A stretch of DNA of 64,000 bases from Verrucomicrobiales bacterium. GTDB lineage: Bacteria; Actinomycetota; Acidimicrobiia; Acidimicrobiales; SHLQ01. Both the position numbers and the translations under genes were made by a program. Numbering within the stretch: the first letter of the stretch is position 1; the number at the start of each line of letters is the position of its first letter. Positions 56,844 to 64,000 of the stretch are shown piece by piece. The notes under the pieces are model-generated. The model was not told the DNA's origin. It made no database searches and was given only the letters and a program-made list of their open reading frames with translations. The DNA lies in NCBI GenBank assembly GCA_047638715.1, contig JBLIMK010000006.1, forward strand, positions 2,617-66,616. Reading direction: 5' to 3'.

Positions 56844-56939
56844 CGAAATATCGCTTGCAACACACGCAGCGTGACTGGTAAAGATGGCTGTGAGGTCCTC
56901 AGAGGGGCGACCAACAATATCTATGCCGGGCGGGCGCGG

Positions 56940-58482
56940 ATGTACAAAGTAGAGAGCTTCGACGTTTTCGACACGGTACTGACTCGAAGGGTAGCGAATC
57001 CGCGCGCCGCGTTCCTTGTCTTAGGCCAACGGCTGCGCGAAAAGCGCTTGATCTATTGCTCTGCGGAATCCTTTGCTCGCCAACGCACAGCAGCAGAAGT
57101 TCGGTCGTTCAAAAACGCCGGGGGACTTGATTCTGCGGTCGATCTGGCGTGGATCTATCGGGAACTAACGAGCGCTCTCGGCACGAATCCGACCGACCTC
57201 GACAAGTTGCTCGAAGAAGAGCTCGACCTCGAAGCCGGTACCGGCGGACGACCACGAACGCGAGATTCGCGACGTCAGCGCCGGAATCGTGGCTCCGTTC
57301 CTGATCGGCAATGTGCTTTGGATTCTGCGCGAGGCAGCGCGGCGAGACCTCAAGAAGCTCTTCTTCATAGCGCGCGACGGTCAGGTCCTCCTCGACATTG
57401 CGCTGGAGCTTGCGAACAAGGTTGGTTACCACGGTGAGCTGAAATATTTGTATGGAAGTCGCCAGGCGTGGGTCCCTCCGAGTCTGAAAACTCTCGACGC
57501 CGCAGCCTTCGACGCGATCTGCCCTATCGACGGTGACGTAGACGAGCGGACGCTACGGCTGGTGCTGTCCCGATTTGATGTCCCGGCAGAATCGATCGAG
57601 TCTCATCTCACCGAATCTGGGTTCACCTCCCGCTCGCTCGATTCACACCTCGATGACGAGGCGCGCCTCCGATTGCGCGCTCTACTCGTCGAAAACGCCG
57701 ACGTTCGTGGTGAGGTCTTCCGGATCGCGGCCGAGAACCGAGCGTTGGTGCTGGACTACTTGCAACAAGAGGGAGTCATAACGGATGACTCGATCGGCAT
57801 CATTCATCAGGGGACTGGTTCGACTCTGTACAACGCGCTCGGTGCCTTGCTCGCAACGGTCGACCAAGCTCCACCGCACGGGTTCTACTTCGGGTTGCGC
57901 GCAGACGCTCCAGATCGCGGATTCGGCGAACCGCAGACCTACATACGTAACGAACGACGGCCGACCGGATTCCTGAGCACCCCTGGTCTGCTCACGCTCA
58001 CGGAAATGGCGTGTAGCGCTGACCATGGATCGGTCGTCGGCTATCGCCGAGAAGGCGAAGAGGTACTGGTCAACCTCGCACAGGAGAATTTCGCTGCCGT
58101 CGATTGGGGTTTCCTGGTCGTTCGCCGAGTCGTTCGAAGTGTGGCCGCTCATCTCGCAGTAGTGCCATTTGTGATTCCCGAACACATCGATCTTCGGCCG
58201 GCCACGATCGACGGATTTGAGAACTTCTGGAAACACCCAACGGCGAGCGAAGCGCGAGTTTGGGGAAGTTATCCCTTCGAAGACGGGTGGGGCGAGGATT
58301 CGGTCACCGTTCCCCTAGCAACGAAGCAGCATCTCATCTCTGTGATTCGGCCAGCCCCGCACCGCCATTGGTGGGGCGGAGGTGCCCAGGCGCTGAGCCG
58401 CCCCTTGCCACGAACGATCATGCGTTCTCGCGCAGACGCCATTCGCATCGCGAGACGGGCAAAACGAAAGTTCGTCCACTAG
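56940..58482 (+). pseudogene. HAD-superfamily (COG5610-like) protein gene interrupted by a frameshift
   Basis: The N-terminal ORF carries HAD motif I SFDVFDTVLTR and runs to …EELDLEA. The reading continues without a stop in the +1 frame (PVPADDHEREIRDVSAGIVAPFLIG…LFFIARDGQVLLD) from about 57232-57240. Confidence 0.6.
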
Positions 58483-58743
58483 CGGATCTCGATGACCGTG
58501 GGGCCACGACCCAGGCCGATGGAATCACGAAAAGGTGCCATCGGTCTCAATCGGGCAAAAACCTGGCAATTCAAGGCGATGATGCACAGCAATCACCTTC
58601 CAAATTGGCTTATGGTTGCACCATCAGCGACCGACGGTAGTCACACAAGGATGCATCTGCTGAACTATTTGCATTCGTAGTTAACGCAGCTTGTGGCTGT
58701 GTGAATAACCTGATTCGACGGCGTGTGAGGAAAGAACCCCGGA

Positions 58744-59985
58744 ATGACCGAAGGCGATAGGGATAACTCGGGAGAACTTTCTTCCTTTTTGCACCTGACA
58801 GGGTGGCGACCGTTGGTGCTCGCGCTCGTGGCAGGGCTTGCAGGAGCGGTTGGTCTGTTTGGCGCCTTGAATGCGCCAGCAGAATTCCAAGCCCGCTACA
58901 TCGTTAACGCGGAACGCGTGGCTGACGACGACCTCACTCCCCAAGAGAAGGACATCTTCGTCGACGAGATCGTGCAGACGGCCAAACTCCCCCAGGTCGA
59001 GTTCTCGGTCCAGGAGCTCACTGGCCTCATCGTCGAGGACGACTACGACATCACGATCAATCAGTCCGGTTCGAGCATCACGATCATCGACATCAACGTT
59101 GTTAGCGGACGGGCCGAAGATGCCCAGATCGTGGCCCGCGATACCGGGATCGTCGCACTCGACATCACGCTCGAGATGATCCTCGGCGGCTTCGAAGCGA
59201 GCGCGGCAAGTCTCGAAACGCGGATTGGAGCCGACGAGGCTCGGATCCGAGACCTGACCGTCGCCGCAGGCGGAATCAACCCTTCGGTCGCGTATGGCAT
59301 CGCGGTTCAAGATGTGATCGACAGGAGGGTGTTCCTCGAGAACCCTCCATCAGAGCCGTGCGCGCTCGCCGACGGGACACCCGGCACATGCCTGGTCCCC
59401 GAACCATCACCATCGCTCGACGTTCTCGAAGAAAGGGCAGCCGAGTTCGCCCCCCTTGAACGCGAGTACACGACCCTCATCGCCGCCGTCGACTCCGCCA
59501 ATCTGCAGCTCGCCGACCGACGTGACTCGATACGAGATGCGAACGTTGCCCTCGAATTGATCGCTGGCGAGCGCGATCAGTCGGTCATCATTAACGAGGT
59601 CGTGACCGAAGAAACATCACGGATCGCCGGTCTCCTCACCGGACTGCTGTTGTTCGCCATTCCCGCAGCGCTTCTCGTCATCCTGCTGTTCACGATTTAC
59701 GATGCGCTCCGCAAAAAGCCAGACCAGCCGCTCCGCCGTGCTGAAGATTTCTCTCCGACAGGCATCCTTGAGGCGCAGGGCCAACGAGCCCTTCCCGAAG
59801 CGAGTATCACCTCACTCGTCGTCGTAGATGAAGGCGAGACCTCGATAATCGAGACCGACGCACGGCACGAGAACATGGCCCAAGGCGCGCAAGATCATGA
59901 CGACGGCAGCGACCCAGATGCCGGAGAGAAGAAGCGCTCCAAGGACGGCCGTTGGGGTCGAGACGCCAGTAGCAAAGCAGGCTGA
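58744..59985 (+). CDS. PCP/Wzz-like bitopic membrane protein, second copy, with acidic C-terminal tail
   Basis: TM1 WRPLVLALVAGLAGAVGLFGAL, a ~270-aa helical ectodomain, TM2 IAGLLTGLLLFAIPAALLVILLFTIY, then a ~100-aa charged cytoplasmic tail with no Walker motifs. Confidence 0.5.
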   Translation: MTEGDRDNSGELSSFLHLTGWRPLVLALVAGLAGAVGLFGALNAPAEFQARYIVNAERVADDDLTPQEKDIFVDEIVQTAKLPQVEFSVQELTGLIVEDDYDITINQSGSSITIIDINVVSGRAEDAQIVARDTGIVALDITLEMILGGFEASAASLETRIGADEARIRDLTVAAGGINPSVAYGIAVQDVIDRRVFLENPPSEPCALADGTPGTCLVPEPSPSLDVLEERAAEFAPLEREYTTLIAAVDSANLQLADRRDSIRDANVALELIAGERDQSVIINEVVTEETSRIAGLLTGLLLFAIPAALLVILLFTIYDALRKKPDQPLRRAEDFSPTGILEAQGQRALPEASITSLVVVDEGETSIIETDARHENMAQGAQDHDDGSDPDAGEKKRSKDGRWGRDASSKAG

Positions 59986-59987
59986 CC

Positions 59988-60899
59988 ATGGCGACCAACC
60001 CTCCGATCTTCATCGTCGGAGCCGGACGCAGCGGCTCGACGGCGTTTCACCATGCCTTTGCACGCCACCCACACGTCTCCTGGGTATCGAAGATCCTCGA
60101 CGTCATCCCAAAGGGTGAGAAGCTCAACGCCGCACTGCTGAGGGGCCTCGATGCACCGCTGCTCGGCGCTGCACTGTCACGAGGACTCATCGAGCCCGGC
60201 CACCTCAAGCCGAGCGAGGCATACGCCTACTGGGAGCGGATCGCCCCTGGGTTCAGTGAGCCGTTCCGTGATCTCCTCGAGACCGATCTGACCGAGCGCA
60301 CAAAGTCCAACCTGCAGGCGGCGGTCGAGCGCCTGACCATCGATGGCCGCCCAACTCCGCTCATCAAGATCACTGGCTGGCCGAGGATGGGTTACCTCCA
60401 GGCGGCCTTTCCAGATGCGAAGTTCATTCATGTTGTTCGCGACGGACGGGCTGTCGTCAACTCGATCATGCAGATCGACTTCTGGGAAGGTTGGCGCGGC
60501 ACAAAGGGCTGGCGAGGGCTCGACATGACTCCGGATCAACAAGCTCGATGGGATGCGAGCGGCCGGTCGTTCGTGACCCTCGGCGCTATGGAGCTGGCGG
60601 ATATGTTCGACGCACTGGTCGCTGCCACTCCCCTCGTCGCGCCCAATCGGTTCATGGAGATCCGATACGAGGATCTCTGCGACGATCCAACGGGCGTGTT
60701 CTCAACAGTCACAGACTTCTGCGAGCTCGAATACACCGATGGGTTCGACCAATCGGTCATCGGCTTTGGCTTTCGCAACACCAACGACAAGTGGCGCCGC
60801 GATCTGACCGAGCTCCAGCAGCGTCAGCTCGAGACCGAGCTCTCTCCCCACCTCTTGCGGTGGGGTTACGAGCTCGCATTCGGCGCGTCGACGAAATGA
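59988..60899 (+). CDS. Sulfotransferase family protein (3)
   Basis: 5'-PSB loop FIVGAGRSGSTAFHH and 3'-PB motif IHVVRDGRAVVNS. Confidence 0.8.
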   Translation: MATNPPIFIVGAGRSGSTAFHHAFARHPHVSWVSKILDVIPKGEKLNAALLRGLDAPLLGAALSRGLIEPGHLKPSEAYAYWERIAPGFSEPFRDLLETDLTERTKSNLQAAVERLTIDGRPTPLIKITGWPRMGYLQAAFPDAKFIHVVRDGRAVVNSIMQIDFWEGWRGTKGWRGLDMTPDQQARWDASGRSFVTLGAMELADMFDALVAATPLVAPNRFMEIRYEDLCDDPTGVFSTVTDFCELEYTDGFDQSVIGFGFRNTNDKWRRDLTELQQRQLETELSPHLLRWGYELAFGASTK

Positions 60900-62410
60900 C
60901 CACCATTCCGACCTCGGACACCGGCGATCGGGTATCGATCAGAGCCGACGACGAGGTGTCGGAGCCAGTCGAGAGCTCAACGCCACGGCCTGGACCTGGC
61001 TCGATCTTTGTCGTTCTCGGAGCGATCGCTATCGGCCTTGCTGCGGCGTTCGCATTTCAGTCGTTGTCCCCCGACACGCCGTTCGTAATTCTCGGTGGCA
61101 CGGTCATGTCGGCAGTTGTACTGGCGATCATCGGCCTCTACCGGTACGAGTGGTTTCTGCTGATCACCTTGGCGGTTCGACCGGCCCTCGACGACCTCAT
61201 CGCCGACGAACTTGGCACGTTCCAGCCATCGGCGATTCTCGGCATCCTCGCCATCTTGATCACGTTGCTGCACCTCATCAGTCGTCGCTTGACGGGCAGC
61301 TGGAATCGTTTGACCCCGCTCGGACTCGCCTTCATTGGCTTCTTTGTCTTGTTCGTGCCGAGTTTCATCACATCGGTAGATCGCGGCGTTTCCCAGGCCG
61401 CTATGTTCGGCCTCGCCTCCGTGGTCCTGCTGTATCTCGCAATTGAGCAGCACATGCTCGACGACGGAAACTTTCTGTTCAAACTTCTCGCCGCATCCGG
61501 GATCGGCATGATCATCCCGATCATCACCGGCTTGGTCCAGTTTTTCTTTACTGGAACCCTCGACCCCGGAGGTTCCGGGCTGGTTCGAATCGATGGATCG
61601 TTCGCTCACCCGAACACCTTTGCCACCTATCTGACTTTCATGGTCCTCATCGCGATCAGTCTGATCTCGGTCGTCGATGTGAAACAGAAGCTCATCGTGA
61701 TCAGCGCCGCAAGTATCGGTGGATTCCTCCTGATCGCAACATTCGCGCGCGGCGCATGGGCGAGCTTTCTTATCGGAGCCCTCATCATGGCGGTCAGGGT
61801 CAACCGAAAGCTTGTCCTCGTCATCATCTTCGGTGCTTTTGCGGTAAGCGCGGCAGTCCCGGGAGTTGGCGACCGAATCTCAAATCTCACCGCGACGACC
61901 GGTGCAAACGGTGGCGTGAAGACCGATGACTCCCTCGGGTGGCGAATTGGCTACTGGGAGAAGATCTGGCCATTCATGTCCCGAAGCCCCGTGACCGGCC
62001 TCGGCATCGATGCGACGAAGACGCAAACTATTGAGGCCAAGGATCCACACAACAGCTTCCTCCAGGCCTTTCTCGAGGGCGGCCTCCTCGGAGGTACGGG
62101 CTTCATCGTCCTCCTGGGTGTCGCAACGTACGCAGGTGTCAAGACGTGGAAGAAGGCTCGCAGAAACCAGCTCGAGCGCCGCACGAGGCTCATCAGCGTC
62201 GGCGCAATCGCCGGGCTCCTGTCGGTCGCTGCGCAGCTCATCACTGAGAACGTGTTGCTCAACACCATCGTGTGGTGGTATCTAAATATCGCTTTTGCCC
62301 ACCTTGCGGTTCTCACGTGGGGGGCGCGCACTAACTCGTCGACCAAACCCGATCTCGATCAGGCGATTCCCAATAGCGATCGACGCCAACCCTCGCGAGG
62401 CTCAACATGA
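60896..62410 (+). CDS. O-antigen ligase/Wzy_C-family polytopic membrane protein
   Basis: At least 10 TM segments, with family motifs GSFAHPNTFATYL and DPHNSFLQAFLEGGLLG. Start at ATG 60896 (ATGA overlap with the sulfotransferase stop). The upstream 135 codons of the track ORF are a shadow frame. Confidence 0.75.
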   Translation: MTTIPTSDTGDRVSIRADDEVSEPVESSTPRPGPGSIFVVLGAIAIGLAAAFAFQSLSPDTPFVILGGTVMSAVVLAIIGLYRYEWFLLITLAVRPALDDLIADELGTFQPSAILGILAILITLLHLISRRLTGSWNRLTPLGLAFIGFFVLFVPSFITSVDRGVSQAAMFGLASVVLLYLAIEQHMLDDGNFLFKLLAASGIGMIIPIITGLVQFFFTGTLDPGGSGLVRIDGSFAHPNTFATYLTFMVLIAISLISVVDVKQKLIVISAASIGGFLLIATFARGAWASFLIGALIMAVRVNRKLVLVIIFGAFAVSAAVPGVGDRISNLTATTGANGGVKTDDSLGWRIGYWEKIWPFMSRSPVTGLGIDATKTQTIEAKDPHNSFLQAFLEGGLLGGTGFIVLLGVATYAGVKTWKKARRNQLERRTRLISVGAIAGLLSVAAQLITENVLLNTIVWWYLNIAFAHLAVLTWGARTNSSTKPDLDQAIPNSDRRQPSRGST

Positions 62411-63303
62411 CAACCACTCCACGGCTCTCGATCGGCGTACCGGTATACAACGGCGAGGACTACATCGCCGAAGCGCTAACCAGCCACCTCGAACAAGACT
62501 TCACCGACTTCGAAATCGTCGTATCGGACAACTGCTCCGATGATGCGACGCCCCAGATCGTGAAGGAATTCGTCGAAGCCGATCCTCGGGTGAGCTACAC
62601 GCGCAACGAAGACAACATCGGTGGTCCTGCGAACTTCAATCGCCTGTTCCGACTGACGAGCGGTGAGCTGTTCCGCTGGGCTGCGGCCGACGACCGAATC
62701 GAGCCCGGTTACCTGTCGAAGGTCATTGCGATGATGGACGACAATCCAGAGATCGTGATCGGTCACGCCGACAGTCTCCTCATCGATCCCAAGAGCGAAC
62801 CAATGCTCGAGATGGACCAAGGATTTCTGGGCGGCGATGGTTACCTCGAGGCAATCAAATTGCACCCCCCGGAGGGAGACGATCGATTCCAGTCGCCTCA
62901 CCCGCACAAACGAGTCGATGCGGTCATCAACAACAACCACCGAAACTTCTACATCTTCGGGATCATGCGTCGGGCCACCATGATGCAAACGCGTTTGCAC
63001 GGAGCGTTCTATGGCGGTGACCGAACGTTCCTCGTAGAGATGGCGATGCGAGGAACCCTCGAGAAGATTCCCGAAGCCCTCTTTGGCTCGCGGAGCCACG
63101 CCAAAAACTCAGGACGCAACGGGCTGAACTTCGAAGAGCTCAAACAACACGGAGCCCAAGATCTGTCGTTCGCCAGTCAGGTCATGAAGGGATACGTCAG
63201 CGGAGTTCGAGCAGCTGGGGTCTCCAAGAGCGACGAGATCAAGTCTCTCGGCGTAATCGCGAAGAAATTCAAGCAGCCGACCAGACTTCTGCGGGGCTGG
63301 TAA
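62407..63303 (+). CDS. Glycosyltransferase family 2
   Basis: LSIGVPVYNGEDYIAEALTSHLEQDFTDFEIVVSDNCSDD (GT-A fold with DxD-type motif). Confidence 0.88.
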   Translation: MTTTPRLSIGVPVYNGEDYIAEALTSHLEQDFTDFEIVVSDNCSDDATPQIVKEFVEADPRVSYTRNEDNIGGPANFNRLFRLTSGELFRWAAADDRIEPGYLSKVIAMMDDNPEIVIGHADSLLIDPKSEPMLEMDQGFLGGDGYLEAIKLHPPEGDDRFQSPHPHKRVDAVINNNHRNFYIFGIMRRATMMQTRLHGAFYGGDRTFLVEMAMRGTLEKIPEALFGSRSHAKNSGRNGLNFEELKQHGAQDLSFASQVMKGYVSGVRAAGVSKSDEIKSLGVIAKKFKQPTRLLRGW

Positions 63304-63305
63304 GT

Positions 63306-63827
63306 ATGCCGATCTACGCACTCGAAGATGGTTGGGAGCCAGAGATTCATCCCGAAGCGTTCGTACATCCCGAAGCGGTACTGATCGGCAAAGTCGTGCT
63401 CGGTGCACAATCCTCGGTATGGCCCGGAACGGTCATTCGAGCCGACGACAACGTCATCACAATCGGCGCACGATCGTCGATTCAGGATGGCGCGGTTCTG
63501 CATTGCACCCACGACTTCCCAACCATCGTTGGCGACGACTGCACCATTGGACACAACGCTCACCTTGAGGGATGCACGCTCGAAGATGCCTCGCTCGCTG
63601 GTTCGGGCTCAGTAATTCTGCATGGCGCGATCGTGTCGACCGGAGCACTCGTTGGAGCAAACGCCCTCGTGCCCGGCGGCAAGGTAATTCCACCGAATGC
63701 GATGGGACTTGGCGTGCCCGTCAAGATTCGTGAGGACGCAAATTCAGTCGAGATCAACCTGCTCTACGCCGCCAGCTACATCGAGCGCTCTGCGAGGTAT
63801 CGACGAGAGATGCGTCGGATCGGATGA
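63306..63827 (+). CDS. Gamma-carbonic-anhydrase-family hexapeptide-repeat protein (YrdA/PaaY-like)
   Basis: MPIYALEDGWEPEIHPEAFVHPEAVLIGKVVLG…IQDGAVLHC…IGHNAHLEGC, a typical gamma-CA-like left-handed beta-helix. Confidence 0.85.
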   Translation: MPIYALEDGWEPEIHPEAFVHPEAVLIGKVVLGAQSSVWPGTVIRADDNVITIGARSSIQDGAVLHCTHDFPTIVGDDCTIGHNAHLEGCTLEDASLAGSGSVILHGAIVSTGALVGANALVPGGKVIPPNAMGLGVPVKIREDANSVEINLLYAASYIERSARYRREMRRIG

Positions 63828-64000
63828 CCACCAGAAGGCGAAACCCACACGTGACAAAGGACCATACGACGAACAGCTTGCGGATCGCCATGGTCGGCAC
63901 GCGCGGAATGCCAGCGAATTACGGGGGCGTCGAAACGGTTGTGGATGTCCTCGCACGCCAGCTCGTTGCACGTGGCCACCAAGTGACCGTCTTTTGTCGG
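63824..64000 (+). CDS. Glycosyltransferase family 4 (DUF1972-type), 3' end outside window
   Basis: ATG 63824 overlaps the preceding TGA. My translation is MTTRRRNPHVTKDHTTNSLRIAMVGTRGMPANYGGVETVVDVLARQLVARGHQVTVFC. The motif GxPxxYGGxET matches the N-terminus of 32938..34119. Confidence 0.7.
   Translation, partial: MTTRRRNPHVTKDHTTNSLRIAMVGTRGMPANYGGVETVVDVLARQLVARGHQVTVFCR

Overview
This is a GC-rich bacterial chromosome segment with Actinomycetota-like traits: a DUF222/HNH remnant, a suf operon with an embedded Rieske gene, an Asp-type MurA, lipobox lipoproteins, many GTG/TTG starts and many 4-nt start/stop overlaps. All domain calls come from motif recognition by eye; no searches were run.

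Left third (1-24.5 kb): housekeeping and metabolic genes. These include a GH15 hydrolase, an SDR / Hyi-like / FNR-fusion operon, a NifU-like gene, murA, an MFS transporter, an L,D-transpeptidase, glpX and an MBL hydrolase. The suf Fe-S system here is split into two convergent blocks, sufC'-sufS-sufU on + and sufB...sufD-Rieske-sufC on -. Inserted within or between the blocks are gmd, a propeller lipoprotein, a priming sugar transferase and a Cys-rich ORF.

Right two thirds (24.6-64 kb): two Wzx/Wzy-type polysaccharide loci, at 26.9-35.3 kb on - and 51-64 kb on +. Together they encode three sulfotransferases, acetyl- and methyl-transferases, five glycosyltransferases, two flippases, two polymerase/ligase-like proteins and two PCP-like proteins.

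These loci flank a 15-kb island (35.9-50.7 kb) of five signal-peptide-bearing proteins. They are an animal-type haem peroxidase, a reprolysin/ADAM-type metzincin, a PQQ sugar-dehydrogenase propeller and two CRTAC1-like FG-GAP/ASPIC proteins. Each ends in the same Cys-bracketed RTX beta-roll module. A sixth, decayed member lies at 24.6-26 kb.

No rRNA, tRNA, CRISPR array or intact mobile element was recognised. The candidate novel system is the sulfated-polysaccharide loci together with the Ca-beta-roll exoenzyme island.
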